From Mobula hypostoma (taxonomy: Eukaryota), in assembly GCF_963921235.1 (NCBI RefSeq), contig NC_086118.1, forward strand, positions 25,050,001 through 25,114,000: a stretch of DNA of 64,000 bases, written 5' to 3'. Shown piece after piece: positions 53,063-64,000 of the stretch. Each line of letters starts with the position of its first letter. Position 1 is the stretch's first letter. The notes under the pieces were generated by a model, which was given only the letters and a program-made list of their open reading frames with translations, was not told where the DNA came from and ran no database searches. Both the position numbers and the translations under genes were made by a program.

Positions 53063-54484
53063 ACTATTACTTATTCCTATTCTCCCTTTCATGTCAGGTG
53101 GCCAATCTTGTAGACTAATGATAGGTTACCTCTTATACCATGAATATTTATGTTCCAACAATCACCTTTATTGAAGCACTTCAATAAATGTCCTCTAGAA
53201 ATCCAAGTGAAGAACTGATTACCCTTAATCCACAGCACACATATTACTCCTTCAGAGAATTCCAATCAATTGGTCAAATATTATTTGCCTTTCACAGAAC
53301 TAGTTTGGCTTTGTCTGATTACCTTCAGATTTTTTAATAAAGGATTTGCTTCAACATTTTTGATAATAGCTTTCAGCATTCTCCCATTGACAGATAATAT
53401 GGACCAATTTTTCTTAGTGGACATGCCCCCGCCCCCCGCCAGTCTTACAGTCACTTCCCCCCTGCTTCTAATTGTTGCGCACAGGGACCAAATTTACACA
53501 CCACAGCTTCTGCTGTAGCTGTTGTTAAATGGCAACAGTAAATGCTCAGCATTATGAGTGCAATTGATTCAACAGCAACTGATTGACTGGCTTGTGGGTT
53601 AAACATGCAAACTTTCAAAGATGATCCCTTAGGTTCAAAAAGCCCATGTTGCCAGGTTTAAAAGCTAACTATTGAAACCTCTGGGGGGGCGCAGTAAGAA
53701 TGATAGTGCATTAGCTATAGCATGACTACAGTAATAGACCTTTACCTACAAAGCATATATTAAAACTGAATCTTCCAAGCCCACCTGAAGCTCATTTACA
53801 ATTCAGTAGCTAACTGTTCTCATTTGTAGACCTTTGGAAATAGAAGTCAAATGGAAACATTATGTCCATGAGTGAATACAGAGTTTTGACCATTGGAAAC
53901 CATCGCGGAGTCCTTGAGAGCAGGGAAAAAATACCATTGTAAAACAATGCTCAAACAATCTAGCATGATAATATGATAAGTGATGCCTTTTTACATGTTT
54001 TAATGCGCTTTGCATTAAGTCTTGATCCTGGACAATCAAGAGTTAAAAGTAGCTTTAGTTAAGTCCTTTCGGTCATGAAGACAGAATGCTGTCTATGATG
54101 TCTAGGAGCTCCATCATTCTGGTGAGCTATTTTAGATCATGTCATTATTGTGGTTAGAAAAGGTAAATGATACTTGAGACCCTTGCTGCAGGGTTTACAC
54201 GCTCACATTGCAGAATCTGATTGTCCTTACCGTAGAAAATAACCTTGACAAGCCTTAGAATACTTGGGTTGTGAAAGTAGGCTAAATGTAACTAAATACT
54301 ACCAAATTTATTTTGAAGAGGACATTATCATATCCTCGAATAAAATTTTTAAAAATTAATTTAATGTACTTTGGTTAGCATGAAACTTGCACAAAATTAG
54401 AAATTGTTTTGTATTTTAAGGTTCTTGTGTTCACAAGTGTTATTAGTTTTATTCATTGCTGTGCATACCTTTTCGTTTAAATAG

Positions 54485-54589
54485 GTAGAGAAACGATTGG
54501 AGCTGGTAAAACAAGTGTCTCACAGCACTCATAAAAAGCTTACAGCATGTCTCCAAGGACAACAAGGTGTGGACGCCGACAAACGATCC
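54485..54589 (+). CDS. ARHGAP44: ARHGAP44 coding exon 3: VEKRLELVKQVSHSTHKKLTACLQGQQGVDADKRS
   Basis: Acceptor ttttcgtttaaatag, donor TCC|gtacgt. 105 nt, phase 0-0. Overlaps track ORF 54497..54715. Nearly identical to recalled ARHGAP44 (VEKRLELVKQVSHSTHKKLTACLQGQQG), which favours ARHGAP44 over ARHGAP17/SH3BP1. Confidence 0.95.
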
Positions 54590-54717
54590 GTACGTTTTTT
54601 ACTAATTATTGTCCACTGCATGCTTGAGCCAACATTTGAGAAGTTATCTGTTAATAGATGTCAGATGCTATATGGAATTTCTGGTTTCATACTCAAAGTC
54701 TCTGATAAACTTTAGTG

Positions 54718-54915
54718 TAACACATACAAAATGCTGGAGAAACTCAGCAGGTTGGGCAGCATCTATGGAAAGGAATAAAGAATTATGATGAAGGATTGTG
54801 GATCGAAACATCGACTCTTTATCCCTTTCCGTAGATGTTGACTGAGCTGCTGAGTTTCTTCAGCATTTTGTGTGTTTTACTCTGGATTTTCAGCATTGCA
54901 GAATTTCTTGTGTCT
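54718..54915. mobile_element. Penelope-like fold-back repeat ~130 nt downstream of exon 3
   Basis: Arms caaaatgctggagaaactcagcag ... ctgctgagtttcttcagcattttg with internal tgatgaagga...cgaaacatcgact. Confidence 0.6.
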
Positions 54916-55812
54916 TTGGTAAAATTTCCCTCGTTTCTTCGATATCATTGAGTATTGCTGCATCATGTGAATGCACATTGTTTTCTCAAGTGGGAGGCAT
55001 GCTTGTCAATTACAGTCCTCTTTCAGAGGCATGTTTTGGTCATCTGGTGGAAGTAACTTTTGCCATCACTGAGTGGGGTGGGCATTATACGCCATCTTTT
55101 ATTGAAGGCAGCAGTCATTACATTTTCAGATAGTAAGGGAATCAAGAAACAAGGGGTGAAGTAACACTGAAGTGAAAGTTCAGCCATGATTTTATTGAGC
55201 AGACAAACATGAACAAGTTACCAACTTCTACTTTAATCTCTTATGTTTTTATGTCCTTATTGGGACCCATGACCAATGAGTAGCTGATCTGAAAACCACT
55301 TAAACTGAACTGAGAAGAACTTAAACTGAAAAATTCTCGTGCTGCCATAGAACTTTATTCCATATGGCAATGAGTATCTGTCTGAAGAACCTGCAAATCA
55401 CATTTTGGAAGAAGTTTCCTCTCCTGAAATGTTGACTCATAGTGACCCTATGGATGATGAGTGCATTTCTGTTTATCGCCTTTTCCAGCAGCTCCAATAT
55501 TTCTGTTTTCATTTAGAATTGACATCTTATTGAAATACTGTATGCAATTAATTATAATGCTTAAAAGTTATTTTAATGTCAATTAGTTAAAGATCAAATA
55601 ATGGAAGATTTCTTTTAATGCAGTTCTTGTAAATTCAGAAAGAGTAATCCAGGGAAGATTTACTTCCCCTAACAGAATTACACCTTGCGATTAGAGAAAA
55701 TATAATCCTCCTTTGTGAATGATATGGGGAGTCAGTGCTGCCTTTGTTTTTCTTGCTTTCGTCGTAATTATAACTAATAACTAACTGTGAATCATATTGA
55801 TTGTACCAACAG

Positions 55813-55889
55813 AAAAAGTTACCGTTAACAACATTAGCACAGTGTTTAGTAGAAGGCTCCGCTATCCTGGGTGAAGACTCCTTGCTAGG
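55813..55889 (+). CDS. ARHGAP44: ARHGAP44 coding exon 4: KKLPLTTLAQCLVEGSAILGEDSLLG
   Basis: Acceptor accaacag with branchpoint-like ctaac at 55781; donor GG|gtaagg. 77 nt, phase 0 to phase 2. Matches recalled ARHGAP44 KKLPLTTLAQCLMEGSAILGDDTLLG. Confidence 0.95.
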
Positions 55890-58279
55890 GTAAGGCTTTA
55901 AAATACTGTATTTGACACTGTAGATTCTATTTAACTGATATAATTTCTTTCACATGGTTAATCCTGTGGAACGCACCAATTAACTGATGATAAAAGTAAA
56001 GAAGAGGCATTAGACATCAATCTGTGTGTTCAGTATTGGAAATATCGAGTGGCCAGGTTGTCTCATAACTGATTTTTTAAATCATTTTTATTTTTATGGG
56101 CAATGTTCAGTGAATAGTAGTGATAATACTCTGAAATTGTAGGTATATTGAAGCTAAAACAGTTAACACTTGCTTCAACTTAAATATGCATCTGTTAAGT
56201 TGATCGAATAGTGGTTCAGCAGTACATGTAACTGGAGGATTCTGAGTAGAAAATATTGAGATATGATCTGATTAAATTATATAACAGAATTGTAGGATGA
56301 GTAAGTTGAAGGGGCTGAAGAGCCAAATTGTCATGCCATCTTTTATTTGTGACAGCATTATGTAACAGATACCTGTTAAACTTCAAAATTACTTCTCACT
56401 GCTCCATTAATTTCTAATTTTTAGCAAAATTTTGTTGAAACAAATTATTTAATTAATTGAGATACTTCTCCTGTTAAGTTTGTTTTAGAAATTTATGCAC
56501 AGGATGTGGATGTGTAGTCATATTTTAATGCCCATCCATAATTGCCCTTGTGTAGGTGGTGAAAAGTCATCATCTCATCATCTGTGGTGTCTGATATGAA
56601 GGTTCTCCCACATGATATTATGTAGTCAGTAACAGGCATGAGTTGCCCAGAGCCCAAAATTAATAAGCACAGATTAAAAGGTTCAAGAATCACCATGACA
56701 GCTGCATTCAAATTCAGTTAATATTCCAGATTTAAAGAAAAAGTAGTATTAGTAATGGTGACCATGAAATGGACTCTATTTCTGTAAATATCCATTTGGA
56801 TCACTGATAAGGAAAGAGATCCAACATTCCCACAATATAATTTGGCTCGTACTATATATGACTCCAATTGTATAGTTGGCTATCCTGTGATTTGGCCTAC
56901 CAAGCCAGTCAGATGTAGCATAACAGCCATGGCCTACCAAGGCCACTCAATTTGATATGATCTACCAAGTTGGCTACCCTATGCTTTTGCCTTTCAAGCT
57001 ATTCAGATGTAACATAAAAGCCATGTTAAAGCAGGGAAATGAAACTTCCTAGGGAACAGCATTATAGAAATACCTTAACAAGAAAAACCACTGTAGTTCA
57101 AGGAGTGTCCCACTACCACTCTCTTAAGGACAATAAAGATGAAGAATAAATGCGGTCAATTCCCAGATCCTGTAAAAAAAAAAGCAGGTGTTCGTGTGTG
57201 CAGGTGTTCATTGGAACTTTGTGTGATTTGAAGAGCAATGTGGAAGTGGAAGTGTTCCCGTATTATCACTAGTTTTGTAGTAGCTTTAGTAGCCATTGTA
57301 ATGCATGTTGTTTTAGATGGTGCAACCCTGGTGACTGGTAGTGGAAACTGTGAATATTTAAGGTGGAGTATAGCCTACTGCAGAAGTGGGTGGATTCACC
57401 CTAAAAGGCACTGGCCTTGAGCTGGATATCCTAACACATGGAGAATATTCCATCATGTTCTTGGTTTATCTCTGGTAGATGTTACAAGGTTTTAGCAAGT
57501 CTTTCATGGAATAGTGCTTCAGTAACTTCAATTGTGTCTTCCTCCATTCGCTTCCTCAACAACCAATTTTGAATATAGAGTATGCATCGCACCTTTGACA
57601 GTAAAAACAGTCAGTTTTATTATGTGTATTTGTATTTTAAATTACATGCATTAATTTTTCATATTTATTATCTATGGTGAGTATATTGTGTTTAACTATA
57701 TGCAGTGTTGTGTTGTGTATCTTAAGTTTTGTGATTTTGTCCTTACCACTGCACAAAGTTCCTGATGGAAAATAAAGTGAATTGATGAATATCTATTAAA
57801 TTTCTGTCCAGTGGTGAAGATGAATATGATGAGATTCTTAGTGAAGGTATTTCGGCTGAAAGTGTGTAGGAGTGTTCAGATTCTCTCTTGCTGGAGATGA
57901 TCATTCGGTGGCTTGTATTTGACTGGTCAGTTGTCCACCAATTCTGGATTATGACTTTTTTGTCTCTTGTGATAGATTTCTTCATTATTTGAAGAGTTAC
58001 AAAAATAATTGAATAATAATGAAGAGTCTCACTACAAGCCTTAAAATATAGAGTGTGTCTTTGATGAATTAGCTAATATTATGCTAAGGACACTGTCCTG
58101 AAGAACTTTCATAGTAATGTCTTAGGTAAGATGATTGGCCTCAAACAACCATTGTCATGTTCCTTTGAGCTAGCTACATCTCTTGTCAGTGGAGTGTTCT
58201 AACTGAATTCTACTGAGCAGCTTTTGGCAATGACCATGGGCAGTTACTGTTGTCAATAGTTAGGCCAAGGATACATTTT

Positions 58280-60770
58280 TCATAGAACCATGTAGCATGG
58301 AAAAAGGCGATTGGCCCACCATATCCATGCCAACTAATGGCACCAATCCATGTTCCACCTTCCAGCACCTGACCCTTAGCCTTCCACGCCTAGGCAACTG
58401 GAATGTTCATTGAGGCACTTCTTGTATGCTGTCAGTAAATCTGCTTCTGCCACAGTGCATTCCAGGTAGTCACCACTTTCTGGGTGAAAAGATTCCCCTC
58501 GTATCCCCTCTAAATCTATGTTCAGTAGTTTTATTCATGCCTGATAAGGGGAGAAGTTTAATGTAGTCTACCCAATCTGTATCCCTCATAAATCTTATAA
58601 ACCTCAATCAGGTCCCATCTTACCTTCCTCTCCTCCAAGAAATATTGACCAAGCCTTTCCAGTCTCTTCTCATGACTGAAACTTTCCATCTCAGGCAACA
58701 GCCTGATGAATCTCCTCTTCACTCTCTCCAGTGCTACCACACCTTTCCCTTAAAGCTTCCACATGCGATACTCCAGCTGAGGCCTGACCAATGTTTTATA
58801 GAACATAATCTCCCTGTCCGTGTATTCAGAGCCCTTAACTAAACACGCCAGTATCCAAAGTATTTAAAGGCAGATAAATCCCCAGGGCCAGATGGTCTGC
58901 ATTTCAGAGTGCTTAAGGAAGTAGCCCAAGAAATAGTGGATGCATTAGTGATAATTTTTCAAAACTCTTTACATTCTGGACTAGTTCCTGAGGATTGGAG
59001 GGTGGCTAATGTAACCCCGCTTTTTGAAAAAGGAGGGAGAGAGAAACCAGGGAATTATAGACCGGTAAGCCTGACATCGGTGGTGGGGAAAATGCTAGAG
59101 TCAGTTATCAAAGATGTGATAACAGCACATTTGGAAAGTGGTGAAATCATCGGACAAAGTCAGCATGGATTTGTGAAAGGAAAATCATGTCTGACGAATC
59201 TCATAGAATTTTTTGAGGATGTAACTAGTAGAGTGGATAGGGGAGAACCAGTGGATGTGGTACATTTGGATTTTCAAAAGGCTTTTGACAAGGTCCCACA
59301 CAGGAGATTAGTGTGCAAACTTAAAGCACACGATATGCGGATAAGGTACTGATGTGGATAGAGAATTAGTTGGCAGACAGGAAGCAAAGAGTGGGAATAA
59401 ACGGGACCTTTTCAGAATGGCAGGCAGTGACTAGTGGGGTACCACAAGGTTCAGTGCTGGGAACCCAGTTGTTTACAATATATATTAATGACTTAGATGA
59501 GGGAATTAAATGCAGCATCTCCAAGTTTGCGGATGACACGAAGCTGGGCGGCAGTGTTAGCTGTGAGGAGGACGCTAAGAGGATGCAGGGTGACTTGGAT
59601 AGGTTAGGTGAGTGGGCAAATTCATGGCAGATGCAATTTAATGTGGATAAATGTGTGGTTATCCACTTTGGTGGCAAAAACAGGAAAACAGATTATTATC
59701 TGAATGGTGGCTGATTAGGAAAAGGGGAGGTGCAACGAGACCTGGGTGTCATTATACACCAGTCATTGAAATTGGGCATGCAGGTACAGCAGGCGGTGAA
59801 AAAGGCGAATGGCATGCTGGCATTCATAGCAAGAGGATTCGAGTACAGGAGCAGGGAGGTACTACTGCAGTTGTACAAGGCCTTGGTGAGACCACACCTG
59901 GAGTATTGAGTGCAGTTTTGGTCCCCTAATCTGAGGAAAGACATTCTTGCCATAGAGGGAGTACAAAGAAGGTTCACCAGATTGATTCCTGGGATGGCAG
60001 GACTTTCATATGATGAAAGACTGGATCGACTAGGCTTATACTCATTGGAATTTCGAAGATTGAGGGGGGATCTTATTGAAACATATAAAATCCTAAAGGG
60101 ATTGGACAGGCTAGATGCAGGAAGATTGTTCCCAATGTTGGGGAAGTCCAGAATGAGGGGTCACAGTTTGAGGATAAAGGGGAGGCCTTTTAGGACCAAG
60201 ATTAGGAAAAACTTCTTCACACAGAGGGTGAACCTGTGGAATTCTCTGCCACAGGAAACAGTTGAAGCCAGTTCATTGGCTATATTTAAGAGGGAGTTAG
60301 ATATGGCCCTTGTGGCTAAAGGGATCGGGGGTATGGAGAGAAGGCAGGTACAGGGTTCTGAGTTGGATGATTAGCCATGATCATACTGAATGGCGGTGCA
60401 GGCTCGAAGGACCAAATGGCCTACTCCTGCACCTATTTTCTATGTTTCTATGTGTGTGGTTCCACTGTCCAAACAGCAGTCTCAAGCATGTAGTGCACTA
60501 CATCTTAAGCAAATTTGATCTGGATCCCATGGGCCCACACCTTTTGGACCAGTCTCCATGTGGGACATTATCAAAAGTCTCATTGAAGCTCATGTAAGCC
60601 ACATTAACTACACTGCCCTCTTACATATTGTTGCCTCTACAAAACTTTCAGTCAGATTGGTCAGATATGATTAGCCCATGAAAATCCATGCTGACTATCT
60701 CTAATTAGTCCCTGCCTTTCCAAGTGAACATTAATCCTGTCCCTCGGAATTTTTTCTTTGAGACCCGGAG
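58280..60770 (-). mobile_element. Older CR1 (minus; ~58280-58858 and ~60453-60770) split by the younger CR1 insertion
   Basis: ORF 58558..58740 (ALERVKRRFIRLLP...DLIEVYKI) left of the insertion; antisense RT remnants (ccatgtgggacattatcaaaag, aatccatgctgact) to its right. Confidence 0.75.
58862..60452 (+). mobile_element. CR1 LINE (subfamily B), 5'-truncated
   Basis: ORFs 58909..59352, 59370..59714 (KFADDTK) and 59910..60374; tail ttctatgtttctatg. Confidence 0.97.
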
Positions 60771-61040
60771 CCAAGTAAATCTCCTGGTGAATCCCAAGCC
60801 AAAACAGCAGATTGTTTGTTCCTCAAGATGCCTGATGTGTTTGCGGGGGTGCTGGGTGTGCAGGAGACCCACCTGTGCCACCATTAGAGGAACCTGCAGC
60901 AGTGAAATGTACAGCCAGTATTTGGAGTGAGAATACACATATAAAAATATTTTGCTGTAAAACTATTTTGGGACATGTCAAGGTGAATTGTTCACTTACA
61001 TATATACAGATGCAAATATGTGTACACACATACACACGTA

Positions 61041-61052
61041 TATGTGTGTGTG

Positions 61053-61087
<35 letters not shown>

Positions 61088-61097
61088 GTATATATAT
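61041..61097. repeat. (TG)n microsatellite with flanking (TA)n
   Basis: Directly visible dinucleotide run with one interruption. Confidence 0.95.
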
Positions 61098-62886
61098 CAC
61101 CTCCTACCTCCTACATCTACCCAGTCATTGATACCCCATTCCTTTACTTCTGTGTGTACTACTCTCAGATGTATGGTGAGTACTGTCCATTGATGTGGGG
61201 GTAACTGCCCAAAGTGTTCAAGCTCTTGACCACTGTTTATACCTGCAAAATTCAGATCCTCCAAGAAAAGTATATCTTGCGCAGTGATCAAAGTTAACAA
61301 GGCACCGCTCAGCAGGGAACATGGAGATGTTGCAGCACACATTTATTAGTGATACGTTTATCTGTGTGTCATGTTCAGTAAAGTGGATGTGCAAAGCAGG
61401 GTCCGAGGGAAGATTAAGTGTCATCTGGGCTCCTGGTCTGATTATTGTACTAAATGATGGAAGTGATTGGCGTGTGCAGAAGACTACATAGTTTGCATTG
61501 AGATCCTTGATATTACAGGCTCCTTACAACAACTGTCTGTTTATCAGGGATACCCTCGAAAACCACGTGGCCGGTGCCATTGTTCCCCACTCAGCTGGGA
61601 GATGAGGATGGACGCTGAGAAGAACCACATCCCCTAGTAGTTTTATTCTTCCTGTTCCTCTTTTCCTGTTGCTCTCTAGGCTGTGCTTCATGGCCTCAGA
61701 ATGCGTGTCATCTTTTGGCTAGGTTGCTCAGTGTGCTCTAAGTGTCACTAAAGCTTTCTGATCTGCCTGGCATTTGTTGGATTAACGCAGGCAGCAAATT
61801 AAAAACTCACCTTTGGAAGACTAATGATGTTTTCTGCACCTCATGCATTTCCCTGGCTCTTGTAATATCTGCATCCATCTGCTGTCAGTGGGGGACCATG
61901 TTGCTGTGAGCAGCCATGGAAGTAGAGTATAGCCAATTCCGTATGATTCAGCTTGGCAGCTGAACATACCTTTGACTGGAAGTTCCTGAAGATAAAGAAT
62001 TCGCCTGCATTTTCCAGAATTTCATCACAATATGATTGTTAACGCAGATAAACTCCGAATTGCATTAAAGGGCTCTCAACTTTATTCAGCACAACTTCTG
62101 GAGAGGGAAATTCAGGCCATTTTATTTATTGTTTGACAGTCATGCATCTGTACAGAGAATTTGGCTAAAGGTCAGCTGCTTTTGTAGCAACTATTGTCCA
62201 TAGTCTTTGTTGTATTCAACACATTCAGCAGCTTCTTTGCCACATGATGTGGATCAAATTGGTTGAAGGTAGGCTTCTATGATAGTGGAGGTCTATGGAG
62301 GAAATTAAGGTGGACCATCCACTTGACCATTTTGGCTGAAGCTGATTGTAATTGCTTACATTGAGCTCCACCAAGATGGCGTTCATTGAATTAACTCCTC
62401 CCAATAACAAGTTAGCCATTCATACTGTACTTGATCAGATCAATAAGCTGTGGGCTTGCCTAGCAAGTTGTTTTTGCTGTTTAACATGCACGTGGGCCTT
62501 CATTCTAGTCCTAACGTGTTGGCACTCTATTTCCCATTTGCTTTTCCCTTGGTTATGTACAATGAAAAACATATACAAATTGGGATGTAGGTCCCTGATT
62601 AAAATTTTAGCTCAGTTAATCATCCTTGTATCCATACATAAACTTTTTTTTTTGCAATTTTGGTTTCATTCCACTATACAGAACAACGTGGTCTTGCTCT
62701 TCTGCCTTGACATTTTAGCCTTAATTTTCCATGTGCCAGTCAGTCCTGAGCAAAATATCAGTACCCAGCCTTTGCTTGGAAGGTCCTGAACTTACACCTC
62801 ATTACGCAGCAATTTCAAGTCCTGTTATTTGTGGATGAAGTGGTGAAACTTTAGTCCACTAGGGTCAACCTCCTTCCTTATGACCA

Positions 62887-63348
62887 AAGTTCAAAGTAAA
62901 TGTTATTACTGTATCAAAATACATATTTCATCGTATACAACCCTGAAATTCACTTTCTTGTGGGCATACTCAACAAATCTATAGAATAATAACCATAACA
63001 GAATCAATGAAAGACCACCCAACTAAGGCATTCAAGCAGAGTGCAGAAGACAAGAATGCAAAAAGAAGAAACAATAATGTAAATAAATAAACAATAAATA
63101 TCAAGAACATGAGATGAAGAGACCTTGAAAATCAATTTATTGGTTGTGGGAATATGTCAGTGATGGGGCAAGTGAAGTTATCCCCTTTGGTTCAAGAGCC
63201 TGATGGTTCAGGGGTAGTAACTGTTCCTAATCCTGGTGACGTGAGTCCTGAGGTTCCTGTATCTTCTTCCTGATGGCAGCAGTGAGAAGAGAGCATGTAC
63301 TTGGTGATGGATGCTGCTGCTTTCCTGCAACAATGTTCCATGTAGATC
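62887..63348 (-). mobile_element. Rex/Babar-type LINE 3' fragment
   Basis: aagttcaaagtaaatgttatt antisense tail; ttcaagagcctgatggttcaggggtagtaactgttcc...cttcttcctgatggcagc resembles 34815-34900. Confidence 0.7.
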
Positions 63349-64000
63349 AATTGAGAAGGGTAATACTGAATTGATCAGCTAATGTTCATGCAGAGTACTT
63401 TTAAAAGCCTTGTTATTCTACTATCTATTACACTGTAGCTAATTTGCCCTTGTGGTTTTCAGACACTGGTATGAAATCTTCCCACAGATGCAATTTAAGC
63501 TTAGCACTGCACAAATGATATTAACAATTTGTCAAGTGATCTACAAGACCATCGAGTAGAGTGAAACTCAAGGCAAGCAGTTTTATTTAACAACTTTAGT
63601 GTATCATGGCTCCACTTAGCACTGAAAAAATATTTTGAAATTTGGTATACTGGTGTGTGGTCCCTCTGTACAAACAACAGTCTTATGCATGTAATGCATA
63701 ACATCTTAAGTAAAATTCCAAAACTGATAGCTTCAAAATTAATTTTGGGTTGAGTCATCTAACATTAAATTTGGTAGTTAAACCTAAAGCCAGAGCATTG
63801 TTTCAAAGCCAAATTTCAACAGGATCCACCCAGAATTATGCATTTTTGTTAGTTTTGGCCAGACTATGCAACATGGTGTAGCTGAATACAGTATCCACAG
63901 TCCAGCTTTGCATAAAGCTGGATGATTTATTCTGAGTGTGAAATCAAGAGTAAAGTAATGTTAGTCTTTGCAGCTGTGGCCTTGCTTGAAGGACTTATTT

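Noticed and set aside
55351..55533. Acidic open frame (NFIPYGNEYLSEEPANHILEE...) after an AG in intron 3, in phase 0
   Set aside because: No credible in-phase donor, and exons 3 and 4 already join to give the uninterrupted known BAR sequence.
57812..57846. 35-nt exon-like segment (cag|TGGTGAAGAT...GAAG|gtattt; GEDEYDEILSE) starting in phase with exon 4
   Set aside because: It would shift the frame, does not resemble ARHGAP44 exon 5, and the adjacent sequence (agattctctcttgctggagatgatcatt) looks like an old antisense LINE remnant.
60875..61204. 109-aa ORF with CVCVCV run
   Set aside because: Produced by the (TG)n microsatellite.
55890..64000. Search for ARHGAP44 exon 5 (KMLKLCGE...)
   Set aside because: Not found by eye; probably downstream of the window.
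1..64000. Prokaryotic-type systems (CRISPR arrays, operons, retrons) or true tRNA/rRNA genes
   Set aside because: No regularly spaced repeats or dense ORFs; all tRNA-like boxes are SINE heads continuing into SINE bodies.

Overview
Eukaryotic, repeat-rich vertebrate DNA. The repeat complement (CR1, Rex/Babar, HE1-like V-SINEs, Penelope-type fold-back repeats) suggests a cartilaginous fish, probably a ray; this is an inference. The window is almost entirely intronic. It holds three small + strand coding exons (40, 105 and 77 nt at 50693-50732, 54485-54589 and 55813-55889) that splice in frame to the N-terminal BAR domain of ARHGAP44/RICH2. Exon 1 and exon 5 were not found, so about 50 kb upstream is probably intron 1. 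Most long ORFs in the track are decayed retroelements (CR1, Rex/Babar, Gypsy); nearly all short ones are spurious. Most notable observations: minimal hammerhead-ribozyme cores in Penelope-like repeats; an inverted CR1 pair bracketing exons 2-4, whose 222-nt back-splice circle would have a stop-free frame; a back-to-back Gypsy rearrangement with a 23-nt retroposon-tail filler at the junction; a composite MITE with a 6-bp TSD; and an unexplained diverged ~330-bp duplication. No clearly new biological system is demonstrated. Repeat boundaries are approximate unless a TSD is given, and family names come from recalled motifs, not database searches.
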